This document shows, piece by piece, positions 34,379 to 46,060 of a DNA stretch of 64,000 nt. The DNA comes from a virus. The notes under the pieces were generated by a model that worked only from the letters and a program-made list of their open reading frames with translations, had not been told where the DNA came from and did no database searches. The position numbers and the translations under genes were made by a program. The DNA is taken from positions 1 to 64,000 of the IMG/VR virus record IMGVR_UViG_3300000301_000012, one strand, 5' to 3'. The first letter of the stretch is position 1; each line of letters opens with the position of its first letter.

Positions 34379-35933
34379 AAAGCCCGATGTATTGCAAATA
34401 TTTGGGACTTTAATGAAAAATCCGATTCTTCTTAGTAAAACTGATAAATATACATTGAATCTAACTGATTTTCATAGTAGATTTGAAAAATATATTTTTG
34501 ATGCGATTTCCGTTTTATATCAAAAAGGCGCAAAAAAGATTATGCCTATTGATATAGAAAACTATTTAAGTTCTAATGAAGTTGCAAAAAAATATTATAC
34601 TGCTAATAATGGTAGAGAGTATTTACAAGATGCTATTGAACTAGCTCAAGAAGATAATTTTGATTATTACTATGAGCATTTAAAGAAGATAAATGTACTT
34701 AGAAGTTTTAATAAGATGGGTTTTGACACTTCGGATTTTTATTGCGAAGACCCTTCTAATCCTAAATTTACTGATATAAATAAAAATTTTGAAAAACTTA
34801 CCATTTCTGAAATGGTAGAACAAATAAAAAGAAAACTTCTAAAAATAGAACATGATTTTTTAAAAAATGATGTATCTGAAACTAGAAACGTTTTTTCTGG
34901 ATTAGACGAACTAATTGAAGAATCTTATGAAGGCGCTGATATTGGTATTCCACTTCAAGGCGAACTTTTTAATGAAGTTATGGCTGGCGCAAGAAAAGGA
35001 ACATTTTGTCTAAGAAGTGGTGGCTCTGGCTTAGGTAAAACTAGAAATATGGTAGCCGATGCTTGTTATATTGCTTTTCCGTTAAGATTTAATCCTTATA
35101 CTATGAAATGGGAGCAAAAGGGAAATTCTGAAAAAGTTCTATATATTACAACAGAACAAAATTTTAAAGAGATTCAAAGAATGATTCTTGCTTATTTAAC
35201 TGGAATTAATGAGTCTAAATTTAAATATGGTAATTTTAATAAACTAGAAGAAAAAGTTATTGCTCAAGCTAAAAAAATAATTGAACAATATCAAGATAAT
35301 TTTCAAATTACTAAAATGCCGAATCCTACTAATGAACTAATTAAAAATACTGTTCGTGAGAATTATGTATTATATAATACAGAATATGTATTTTATGACT
35401 ATATTTTTATCGGACCTGCGCTATTAAAAGAGTTTCGAGGTTATTCATTAAGAAGTGATGAATTACTTTTAATTTTATCAACAACTTTAAAAGATTTAGC
35501 TTCTGAATTAAATATTTTTGTTATGTCTGGTACTCAAGTAAGTGCAAAAGCTGATGAAAATAAAGATATAAGAAATGAATCTAGTTTAGCTGGTGGCAGA
35601 GCCACTATTAATAAAGCTGACTATGGTTTTATCATGGCGCGCCCAACTAAAGAAGAACTAGAATTAATTAGACCTTACACTACAAAATATGGTAAAGAAG
35701 CTAACTTAGTATCTGATGTTTTTAAAGTGCGCGCTGGAGAATGGACTCAAGTAAGAATATGGTCTATTTTTGACGCAGGTATTTTAAGGAAAGAAGATTT
35801 ATTTTTAACTAATAGCAGATGCGAAGAAGTAGATATGTCTAACGGTGTTAATTTTAGATATGAAAATTGGGATTCTGACGAATACGGAGAACTAATAAAA
35901 AAATTGAATAAGTTAAATGAGGAGTTAATTTGA
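34371..35933 (+). CDS. dnaB: DnaB-like replicative helicase
   Basis: 520 aa with Walker A motif SGGSGLGKT in the C-terminal RecA-like domain, preceded by an N-terminal helical domain. Confidence 0.8.
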   Translation: MNEKPDVLQIFGTLMKNPILLSKTDKYTLNLTDFHSRFEKYIFDAISVLYQKGAKKIMPIDIENYLSSNEVAKKYYTANNGREYLQDAIELAQEDNFDYYYEHLKKINVLRSFNKMGFDTSDFYCEDPSNPKFTDINKNFEKLTISEMVEQIKRKLLKIEHDFLKNDVSETRNVFSGLDELIEESYEGADIGIPLQGELFNEVMAGARKGTFCLRSGGSGLGKTRNMVADACYIAFPLRFNPYTMKWEQKGNSEKVLYITTEQNFKEIQRMILAYLTGINESKFKYGNFNKLEEKVIAQAKKIIEQYQDNFQITKMPNPTNELIKNTVRENYVLYNTEYVFYDYIFIGPALLKEFRGYSLRSDELLLILSTTLKDLASELNIFVMSGTQVSAKADENKDIRNESSLAGGRATINKADYGFIMARPTKEELELIRPYTTKYGKEANLVSDVFKVRAGEWTQVRIWSIFDAGILRKEDLFLTNSRCEEVDMSNGVNFRYENWDSDEYGELIKKLNKLNEELI

Positions 35934-36985
35934 ATAGTCAATATCAAGAATTAATTAATAATTTAAATGAAGAAAAAATTATTGAATTAATGACTAAACT
36001 TGGGGCTGATAGATATATAGAGAAGGAAGGATATATTATCTTTCCTACTATATGTCATAATATAGATGCTGAAAGCGCGAGCATGAAACTTTATTACTAT
36101 AAAGACAATAAATTTTTTTATTGTTATACTAATTGTGAAGGAATGTCTATTTTTAATTTCTTAAAAGAATATTATGAAACTAGACAATACGAATATGATT
36201 GGTATGAAGATATTGTTCAAATAGTAGAAAAATGCTCAACTTTTTCCCTATTAGATTCTTTTGAACAAACTCAATATATATCTCAAAGAAATGAATATCA
36301 AAATCCTCATAAGAATATTAAATTACCTTCTTATCCCGAAGGAATACTAAATGTTTTTACAAAGTTTTATCCTCCAGAATGGTTAAAGGATAGTATTACC
36401 GAAAAAGCTATGGATAAATTTAATATTCTTTTTTCTATTTCTCAAAATAAAATTATTATTCCTCATTATGATATTGAAAATAATCTAGTAGGAATTAGAG
36501 GGCGCGCGCTGGATGAATGGGAAGTTGAAAATATAGGTAAGTATATGCCAGTTAAAATTGAGAATAAATGGTATTCACATCCGCTGTCAATGAATCTATA
36601 TGGATTAAATAAAAATATAGATAATATAAAAAAAAATAAGATAGTTTATGTTTTTGAAAGTGAAAAATCTATTTTGCAATTAGAAAGTTTTCCTATAGAC
36701 AATTGTTCTGTTGCTGTTTGCGGAAGTAATTTTAATAAATTGCAATTAAACCTTTTGCTAAAAAATTGTTATCCTCAAGAAATTATAATTTGTTTTGATA
36801 AAGAAGAAAAGCCAGGAGAAGATTTATATTTTAATAAGTTATTAAAAATTTGTCAGAAATATAAAAATTATTGTAATTTTTCTTTTATTTACGATAGAGA
36901 AAATTTGTTAGATTTAAAAGATTCTCCTAGTGATAAAGGTTATGAAGTTTTTAATAAATTATTAGACAGGAGAGTTATAGTGTGA
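35930..36985 (+). CDS. DnaG-like primase (CHC2-type zinc finger plus Toprim)
   Basis: The translation has CHN...C.TNC, and Toprim residues in VFESEKS and CFDKEE. It starts at TTG, overlapping the helicase stop. Confidence 0.7.
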   Translation: MNSQYQELINNLNEEKIIELMTKLGADRYIEKEGYIIFPTICHNIDAESASMKLYYYKDNKFFYCYTNCEGMSIFNFLKEYYETRQYEYDWYEDIVQIVEKCSTFSLLDSFEQTQYISQRNEYQNPHKNIKLPSYPEGILNVFTKFYPPEWLKDSITEKAMDKFNILFSISQNKIIIPHYDIENNLVGIRGRALDEWEVENIGKYMPVKIENKWYSHPLSMNLYGLNKNIDNIKKNKIVYVFESEKSILQLESFPIDNCSVAVCGSNFNKLQLNLLLKNCYPQEIIICFDKEEKPGEDLYFNKLLKICQKYKNYCNFSFIYDRENLLDLKDSPSDKGYEVFNKLLDRRVIV

Positions 36986-38703
36986 AAGTAAAATTAGTAA
37001 ATCAAAATTATAAAAACAATTATACTGAAAATTTATTAAGGGAAAGACAAATTGAAGACTTGCAAAGCTATTTATACCCTACTGCAATTGATTTAGAAGA
37101 ACCAACGTGTTTAGACAATGTTGAGAAAGGTTTTTAGCTCCTAAAAAAAGTTCTTGAAGATAATAAAGAAATACTATTAGTAGTGGATAGTGACTGTGAT
37201 GGCTTTACTTCTTCTGCTATTATGTATTTATATATTAAAGACTGGTTTCCAGATGCAAAAATTACTTATGTTTTACATGAAGGAAAACAACATGGACTAC
37301 AAGACCATATTCAGGAAATAACTGAAAAAGAACAATATGGTCTTGTTATTTTACCTGATGCTTCTAGTAATGATGAAGTTTACCATGATAATCTAAAAGA
37401 ATTAAATATTCCTGTTTTAGTATTAGACCATCATATTTTAGAAACAGAAGTAAGTTCAAATGCAGTAATTATTAATAATCAATCTTCTGAAAATTATACT
37501 AATAAAGCGTTAACCGGCGCGGGAGTAGTGTGGCAGTTTTGTAGATATATTGACTCTCAAACTGGGAAAGATTTTGCATGGAAATATATTGACTTAGCGG
37601 CGCTTGGTGTAATTGGCGATATGGGAAGCGTTGCAGAAATTGAAAATAGATTTATTATAGTAAATGGATTATCTTCTATTAAAAATTTCTTTTTTAAAAC
37701 TTTAATTGATAAACAATCTTTTTCAATGGGTGGTAGAATTAATCCTACTACTGTAGCTTTTTATATTGTTCCAATGATTAATGCTATGATTAGAATTGGA
37801 ACGCAAGACGAAAAAGTTAGATTGTTTGAAGCATTTATAGATGGAAAGAAAGAAGTTGAAAGTAACAAGCGTGGAGAAAAAGGACAAAAAACTTTATTGG
37901 CCTTAGAAAGCGCTCGTGAATGCACGAATGCAAAAGCAAAACAGAACAAGATAAAGGATAAAGTTGTTGAAGATTTAGAAATAAAAATTTATAAGTATGG
38001 CTTATTAGATAATAAAATTCTTTTTATAAGACTTGATGACAATGATATTTTTCCTTCTGAATTAAACGGATTAGTTGCTAATCAATTAGCTAATAGGTAT
38101 AATCATCCTACGATTGTCGCGCGCCTCAATGATGAAGGATATATTAGAGGAAGTGCAAGAGGATTAAATAATAGTGAACTTGAAAATTTTAAAGATTTTG
38201 TAATAGATAGCGAATTAGTTGAGTACGCACTTGGCCATGAAAACGCATATGGTTTTAGTATTCTAAATAAGAACTTATCTGAATTTCATAATTATGCTAA
38301 TGAGAAATTAAAAGAAATAGATTTTTCTGAAAACGTTTATAATGTTAATTTCTCACGAATGGCGGCTGACGAAGACTTAGTTAATCTTATTATGGATATT
38401 GGAAAGTATGTAGATATTTGGGGCCAAGGATTACCTGAACCTCTAATTTATATTTCTGATATTAATTTAACTCCAAATGAAATAGAAGTTATAGGTAAGA
38501 ATAAAGATACTGTAAAGTTTTCAAAATTTGGAACAACTTATATTAAATTTCATGCTAAAGATTTAATTGAAGAATTATCACAATATAATAATATAAAAAT
38601 TAATTTGGTTGGAAAAGCTAATATAAATGAATGGATGGGTAGAGAAACTCCTCAAATAATTATTGAAGATTATGAAGTTTTAGATGGAACCTATAGTTTT
38701 TAA
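36982..38703 (+). CDS. RecJ-like DHH-family exonuclease (1 in-frame TAG)
   Basis: GTG at 36982 follows AGGAGAG. A TAG precedes the track ORF at 37183 in the same frame. Motifs VVDSDCDG and LDHH are present. Confidence 0.75.
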
Positions 38704-38711
38704 AGGAGAAA

Positions 38712-39248
38712 GTGATGATTAATAAAGGATATTTAACAGCAAAAACCAATAAAGAATCAGACGAAGTTTATACTCCATCTTACGCAGTAATCCCAATTTT
38801 AAAATATTTGCCAAATAAAACAGGACTAACTATTTGGTGTCCTTTTGATTATAATGATAGCGAATATGTAAAAATTCTTCGTAAACAAGGATATCATGTA
38901 ATAAACAGCCATATAGATTATAATCAAAATTTTTTCTTTTTTGAGCCAGAAGAAAAATATGATATAATTATTTCTAACCCGCCCTTTAGTGTGAAAGATG
39001 ATGTTTTAAAAAGATTATATGAATTAAATAAACCCTATATGATGCTTTTACCAATACCAACATTACAAGGCCAAAAAAGATATAAATATATAAAAGATTG
39101 TCAGGCATTAATTTTTGATAAAAGAATTAATTTTTTTAAAAATAAACAAACAAAAGAAATATTAAAGGGCGTTTCTTTTGGAAGCTTTTATCTTTGTAGA
39201 AAAATATTACCAAAAGATTTGATTTTTGAGGAGTTAATAGTTAAATGA
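38712..39248 (+). CDS. N6-adenine DNA methyltransferase-like protein
   Basis: The translation has IIISNPPFS, the NPPF catalytic motif. Confidence 0.65.
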   Translation: MMINKGYLTAKTNKESDEVYTPSYAVIPILKYLPNKTGLTIWCPFDYNDSEYVKILRKQGYHVINSHIDYNQNFFFFEPEEKYDIIISNPPFSVKDDVLKRLYELNKPYMMLLPIPTLQGQKRYKYIKDCQALIFDKRINFFKNKQTKEILKGVSFGSFYLCRKILPKDLIFEELIVK

Positions 39249-39526
39249 TACAAATAAATATATATTATGATTTAAAAAATAAAGAAAAGGCACAAGAAAT
39301 TTACAATTCTTATAAAGCTTGTTTATCAAATATAATTAAAGAAATAAAAAGTTTAAATTATCAAACTATTTATAATAATTGCTTTAAAATTTCTATGATT
39401 CTTATTAATGAATCAGCTAGAGGATATGCTTGTCATATTGGATATTTTCCTAAAGATATAAACCCAGAAATAAAAAATTCAGTAATATTACCAACAATAA
39501 AAAGTTTTACAAGAAAAGAATTTTAA
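39245..39526 (+). CDS. hypothetical protein
   Basis: 93-aa ORF overlapping the previous stop. Confidence 0.5.
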   Translation: MIQINIYYDLKNKEKAQEIYNSYKACLSNIIKEIKSLNYQTIYNNCFKISMILINESARGYACHIGYFPKDINPEIKNSVILPTIKSFTRKEF

Positions 39527-39590
39527 AACTTGTATTTTTAATAAAAAAGAAGTATAATAATTATATAAAGGGAAAGGAAGGTGATGCCAT

Positions 39591-40936
39591 ATGACAAATC
39601 AGTATCCTGGTAGTTTACATAACCATACTGATTATTCTTAGTTCTAACTTTCGTTTGCGCGATTCAATAAATACGGTTGAATCTTTGGTTAATCGAGCAA
39701 TAGAACTTGGTCATAATGTTTTGGCAATAACCGAACATGAAACAATTAGTTCTGCCATTAAAGCAGAGAAAGTTTATAATAAAGTAAAAAAAGACCATCC
39801 TGATTTTAAATTAATTTTGGGTAATGAGATTTATCTCTGTAGAAATGGATTAAACGCTCAAAATTTTAATAGAGAAAATGACAGATATTATCACTTCATT
39901 CTTTTAGCTAAAGATGCTATTGGACATGAACAAATTAGAGAGATTTCTACCAGAGCTTGGAGCCACTCTTACATGGCGCGCGGTATGATGCGCGTTCCAA
40001 CTTATTATCAAGATTTATATGAAGTTATTGGCAGAAACCCTGGACATGTAATTGGAAGTACAGCTTGCTTAGGTGGCGCTCTACCTACTCAACTTTTAAA
40101 ATATAGAAAAAATCATAGTAAAGATTTATATAAAAAGATTTGTCTTTGGTGTAGACAGTTGAAAGATTTATTTAGAGAAGGTAATTTTTATTTAGAAATG
40201 CAACCCTCTCGAAATGAAGAACAAATTTATGTAAATAAAAATTTAATTAAGCTTTCAGAAGAATTAGATATTCCTTATATTATTACAAACGATTCTCATT
40301 ATCTTAAAAAAGAGGATATTAATATTCATCATGCTTTTCTTAATGCTCAAGGCGGCGACAGAGAAACGGAAAGTTTTTATGCTACTACTTATTTAATGAG
40401 TACAGAAGAAATTTATGAATATATGGAGCAAACTCTAGGGGAAGAGGTTCTTCAAAAAGCTTTTAATAATATTCTTAAAATTAAAGAAAAATGTGAAGAC
40501 TATTCTTTAATGCACCCATTGAGAATTCCATATTTACCCAAACATCCTTCAGAGCCAAATGAAGATTATTATAATGAGTTTGTTAAAGATATTCCTATAA
40601 TGGAATCTTTTAAAAATTCTGAGTATGATAGTGATAGACATTTGTTAAGTGTAGTTTTAAATAAAATAAAAAAAGATTCTCAGTATCAAAATAAGAGAGC
40701 TTATGATGAAATAAATATTTGCTTAAAAAGTGTTTGGGATTCTTCTGAGGCTTCTCGCACAAGATGGTCTGCATATTTAATGAATGTTAGAGATTATATC
40801 GAGATTGCTTGGGAGGACGGAGATACTCTTATTGGTCCTTCTCGTGGGTCTGGCGGTGGATTTATTTTATTAAATATTTTAGGTATTACACAAATTAACC
40901 CACTAAGAGAAAAAACTAAGTTATTTCCTTGGAGGT
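39591..40936 (+). CDS. dnaE: DNA polymerase III alpha (DnaE-type), exon 1, with a frame break near codon 17
   Basis: ATG at 39591 gives MTNQYPGSLHNHTDYS, the PHP HxH motif. That frame then hits TAG (39639) and TAA (39645). The body (NFRLRDSINTVE...AITEHE...) runs in the +1 frame, open from 39595, and ends at the intron. Confidence 0.75.
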
Positions 40937-41863
40937 TAGCTAATGTGGCATAAGCCTCCTCTCTATGGTGACATAGTTAAAATAAACGCTGTGAACGCCT
41001 TTAGCAAGCGGTGTCCGAAAGGGCTAACGGGGAAAATCTTATAAAAATAAAGACAATCCCGTGCCAAGTTACTTTATCATTGGAGAGCCAATAATAAAGT
41101 AAAAGGTGTAACGACTATCCGAAAGGAGTAGGGTGGATTTGCTACCACTCGAAGCGCAGCGGCTCTCATAATATTTAAAGTAGGTGATATTATGGGATAT
41201 ATTTATAAAATTCAAAATAAAATAAATGATAAAATTTATATTGGACAAACAGTAGCTAGTCCACAAAGAAGATGGACTTAGCATAAAAACAATATAAAAA
41301 GAGATTACTTATAGCATATAGCTTTATACAAAGCTATGAATAAATATGGTATCGAAAATTTTACTTTTGAAGTTTTAGAAGAAGTTTCAAATAATTTGCT
41401 CGATGAACGAGAAAAATATTGGATAAAAAATTTTAATAGCTATGGTAAAAATGGTTATAATATGACTCTAGGTGGAAGATGTACTAAACTTTATAATTGG
41501 GATGAACTTGAAATAATTGAGTTATACTATAAAGAGAAATCTGCTAGAAAAGTTGCAAAAATAATTGGATGCGACCATAGTACTGTTGATAAAATTTTAA
41601 ATGCAAATAATATTCCTAGATTTTCTATTGCATAGCAAATTAGTAAAAGAATAGTCCTAGAAAAAGATGATAAATATTTATTTGAAACGACTTCTGATGC
41701 TGCTAAATGGCTAATAGAAACTGGAAAAACAAGAAGTAAAAATTTTCATAGCATAAGATAGCAAATTTCAGAAAAAGCAAGAGTAAATGGAATTTATTTT
41801 GGATTTAAAGTATATTATGAGAGTAAGATATAGTCTACCCCACTAGAAATAGTGGATAAGGTG
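40937..41863 (+). mobile_element. group I intron with GIY-YIG ORF in dnaE
   Basis: The 5' splice site follows U (aggt|t) and the 3' splice site follows G (ggtg|tt). Splicing gives ...LFPWR-F-MNPERVSPLDIDID..., the conserved RF(L/M)NPER motif. The core GCTAACGGGGAA...GACAATCCCGTGCCAAGTT is close to the T4 td intron core. TGTAACGACTATCC is shared with the topoisomerase intron. Confidence 0.75.
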
Positions 41864-41869
41864 TTATGA
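41192..41869 (+). CDS. GIY-YIG homing endonuclease (5 in-frame TAG)
   Basis: The translation reads MGYIYKIQNKINDKIYIGQT...RRWT-TAG-HKNN. Track ORF 41336-41635 is in the same frame. The first non-TAG stop is TGA at 41867. Confidence 0.75.
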
Positions 41870-44517
41870 ATCCTGAGCGAGTTAGTCCTTTGGATATTGA
41901 TATTGATATTGAAGGCTCTAAAAGAGATAAAGTATATAGTGCTTTTCAAAAACATTATGGCGCAAATAGAGTTTCTAAAGTTTTAACTTTAAGAACTGAA
42001 AAATCTAAATCAGCGGTTCTTACTGCCGCGCGCGGACTTGGTATTGATGTTGATATTGCTCAATATTTATCTTCTATGATTACGGCAGATAGAGGATTAT
42101 TAAGAACTTTAAAACAAACTGCTTATGGTGATGAAGATAATAATATTTCAGCTAATAATCAATTTAGGATTGAAATGGAAGAAAATTATCCTGAACTTTG
42201 GGAAGTTGCACAAAGAATTGAAGGTTTAATCTGTGGGGTTGGTTCTCATGCAGGCGGTGTTATTTTTGTAGACGAACCTTTTTATAAAACAACGGCATTG
42301 ATGAAAACTTCTAATGGTGACGTTGTAACTCAATTTGACCTTCATGATGCCGAGGATGTAAGTTTAATAAAAATTGACCTGTTGTCTATTGAGGCTCTTG
42401 ATAAAATCCATATTTGTTTGGATTTACTTTGTGATTATGGATATATTACACGAGAAAAAACTTTAAAAGAAACCTATGAAAAAGTTCTTGGTATTTATAA
42501 TCTTGAACGAGATAATCCTGATATGTGGAAAATGCTTTGGAATCATGAAGTAATGTCATTATTCCAAATGGAAAAACAAAGTGGTATTCAAGGAATTGCA
42601 TTGACTCATCCTTCTTCTGTTGATGATTTAGCAGTTATTAATTCAGTAATGAGATTGATGGCTTCTGAAAAAGGCGCGGAGCAACCGTTGAGCAAATATG
42701 CCAGATATAAAGACAACATAAATCTTTGGTATGATGAAATGATAAATTATGGATTAACTGAAGACGAAATTAATTGGCTTAGAAGCTATTTAGATATTTC
42801 TTTTGGTATTTGTGAAACACAAGAAAAACTAATGTCTATGGTACAAGACGAAAGAATAGGTGGCCATTCTCTTCTTTTTGCTGATAGATTAAGAAAATCT
42901 ATTGCAAAGAAAAAACCAGTAGAATTTTTACAATGTGAAAAAGAGTTTTTTGAAACTATAGAAGAAAAGCATTTATCCAAAAGATTGGCCAATTATGTTT
43001 GGAATGTTATTTTTAAGGTTCAAAGAGGATATTCATTTTGTGCCGCGCATACGCTTGCCTATAGTTTAGTGGGATTACAAGAGTTAAATCTTGCTTTTAA
43101 ATATCCTATTGTTTTTTGGAATTGTGCTTGTTTAATTACAGATAGTGGTGGATTAGAACAAGAGCAAGAGGAAGAAGAAGATATTTATTCCGAAGAAACT
43201 CAATATATTAATTGTATTGAAGAATTTACGGAAGATGAAGAAGAAGACGATGATGATGACGATGAAGAAGAAAAAGATTCTACTAAAAAGAAAAAGAAAG
43301 TAAAAACAGTAAACTTCGGTAAGATAGCTACAGCAATTGGAAAAATGAAAGCAATAGGAATTGAGGTGGCTCCACCTGATATAAATAAATCAGGATATAC
43401 TTTTTCTCCAGAAGTAAAAACTAATACTATTCGTTATGGTCTAAGCGGCATTACTAGAGTTGGGGAAGAAATTATTCAAAATATTCTTTCTAATAGACCA
43501 TACTCTACTTTACAAGATTTTCTTTCTAAAGTAAAAGTTACAAAGCCTCAAATGGTTAATCTAATTAAATCAGGTGCATTTGATAGTTTTGGAGATAGAG
43601 AAGAAGTAATGAAAAAATATATTGCTTCAATTAGTAGTCCCAAAACTAGATTAACATTACAAAATATGAGAATGTTAATTGATAACAACTATATTCCGCC
43701 TCATTTAGATTTTCAAATTAGACTTTTTAATTTTAATAAATATTTAAAGAATTTTAAATATGAAAATAAATATTTGTTGAATGATATTGCTCTTAGCTTC
43801 TTTGATAAAAATTTTGATGTAGATGAATTAATTGTAATGAATAATTCTGAATATCAATATGCTATTCTTCAAACTAAATGGGACAAGATATATAAGAAAG
43901 GTATGGACCCTGTTAGAGACTTTTTAAAAAGCCATCAAGAAGAATTACTTAAAGAAGTAAATGAAGGATTAGTAAAAGAATTGTGGGATAAGTATTGTAG
44001 TGGCAATATTAGTAAATGGGAAATGGATTCAGTTTCTTATTACTCACACGATCATGAACTGAAAAATGTTGATTGCGCCCGCTACAATTTTTCTGATTAT
44101 AGTTATCTTTCTGAAAATCCTGAAATTGACAGAATTATAGAAATCAAAGGGAAAAAGATTCCATTATTTAAATTACATCGTATTATTGGAACTGTTCTTG
44201 ATAAGGATAAAAATAAAAAAACAGTTACTATTTTAACTACTAGTGGAGTAGTTACAGTTAAGATTTACGGTGGAGTATATTCTCATTATGACCGACAAAT
44301 TTCCAGAAAAGACCCAAAGACAGGAAAGAAAAAAGTTATAGAAAAATCTTGGTTTTCAAGAGGTAATAAAATAATTGTAACTGGAATTAGACAAGAGGAT
44401 GGATTCTTAGCTAAAAAATATAAAAATACACCTTATCATTTAGTGGAATTAATTGAAAAAGTAAAAGATGATGGAAGTATTTTAATAAGAAGTGAAAGAA
44501 TTGAGGAAGAAGAATAA
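41864..44517 (+). CDS. dnaE: DNA polymerase III alpha, exon 2
   Basis: The translation has MNPERVSPLDIDIDIEG...GSHAGGVIF...QMEKQSG..., and a C-terminal OB-like region. An acidic E/D insertion lies at about 43141-43290. Confidence 0.85.
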
Positions 44518-45677
44518 TGGGTACTGTAGGTTTATATGATTGTGACTTATCTAATTTTGGATAGATTTTCTTCAATTTAGAGTTGATGAAAATAGCTTCC
44601 TATTTTAAGAATAGCAACTAGATTGTAACTATGTGTCCAAAGATATAGCCAGAATTATATTCTGATTTTTATTATCGAAAAGATTATGATACTGGAGTTT
44701 TTAATAAAAAGATTCTTCCTTATTTAAGTAATGAACATTTTCATTACGGTGGTTTAGCTTTCTCAAATAATAAATACATTCCATTACCAGAGGATATTGA
44801 AGGGTCTATTCCTGACCCTTCTATTTATTCTCGATTTTAGGAATCCTTTGAAAGAAGTTCTTTAGGAAAAATTGGATATAGAAGTTTTATGCGCGGGCCG
44901 CACTTAAGATTATCTACAGATGAAAAGACTATCTCAAATTATCCTTTTGATAAAGTATTATGGTCTACTAAAGGAGTAATAGTGTTTATCCACGATTATG
45001 ATATTGGTAAAATAGAGGATAGTTTGGATACAGTAAAATATTTATTACAATAGAAAAATAAAAATTTAATAAAAGGCGCGCTCGCGACAAAATTTCCCGT
45101 TGTTCTAAAAAAAGAATAGGATTTTATTGAATGGGAAAAAATAATTTGGTCGCCATTATCCGCGCCACTAACTTTTAAAGGATTAATGAATGATGAAGCT
45201 TTTTCGGAAGTAACTTTATTAACAAGATTAGGTCAACGAAAAATAGAGAATATAGATTATTATATAGATTATGGATGTTCCGATGAAGATGATTTTATAA
45301 TAAATCGCTTACCTAAAATTTTTAAATAGGTCACATTTTTACGAATGAATTAGGCAAGAATTTTTCTTAAATATGAGGATAATTTTTTTCAAGATGAAAG
45401 ATGTAGAAAATTAATTGGATTACTTAATGTATTTATAGAAGGAGAACGAACTTTAAATTATGAATAGCACCATGATTTTATAAATACGAATACCTTTGCA
45501 GGTTATTGTAAAAAATTATAGATAGTGCAAGGTAAACCAAAAGTCGTTCCTTTTCTAAGGGAAGATGCAAGAGAAGTATTTCAATTTATTCGAGAAAAAA
45601 ACTACGAACTTTTTAAAGATTTTTATGAATGTAGTACTGTTACTTTAAAAAATGGAGAGTTTAAAAATGACAAGTGA
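44517..45677 (+). CDS. hypothetical early-module protein (10 in-frame TAG)
   Basis: ATG overlaps the dnaE TAA. I walked all 386 codons. TAG lies at 44562, 44619, 44646, 44838, 45051, 45117, 45327, 45351, 45465 and 45519. No TAA or TGA occurs before 45675. Confidence 0.7.
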
Positions 45678-45858
45678 ACAAATTCATAATAAAATTGTAG
45701 AAAACAATAATGAAATAGAAAAAATTTTAACAGCAAATAGATTTACTTTAAATATTAAAATTTAGGAACTGTTAGAAGAAAACAAAAAACTTCAAAAAGA
45801 ATGCAATCATTTATTTGAAAATGGAGTATGTATTTATTGTTTTAAGGAGGCAGATTGA
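45667..45858 (+). CDS. small hypothetical protein (1 in-frame TAG)
   Basis: ATG at 45667, one TAG, and TGA at 45856 overlapping the next ATG. Confidence 0.45.
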
Positions 45859-46055
45859 TGTTTATAGTGTATTCAACAGGATGCCCACAATGTAAAGTTT
45901 TAATTTCCAAACTTAAAGAAAAAACGATTCCTTATGAAATAATTTCTGATATTGATGTAATGTTAGAGAAAGGTATTCAATCTGTTCCTGTTATTGAATA
46001 TGAAGGAAGACTTTATCCCTTTATGGAAGCATTAAAATTAATTAGGGAGTGGTAA
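45858..46055 (+). CDS. glutaredoxin/NrdH-like redoxin
   Basis: 65 aa. The translation has the CPQC active site in MFIVYSTGCPQCKVL. Confidence 0.75.
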   Translation: MFIVYSTGCPQCKVLISKLKEKTIPYEIISDIDVMLEKGIQSVPVIEYEGRLYPFMEALKLIREW

Positions 46056-46060
46056 TTTTA

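Noticed and set aside
43141-43290. Intein or intron in dnaE exon 2 at the acidic stretch (EQEQEEEEDIYSEE...EDEEEDDDDDDEEEKDSTKKKKK)
   Set aside because: The stretch is in frame and has no intein boundary residues or endonuclease motifs. It looks like a low-complexity acidic/basic linker insertion.
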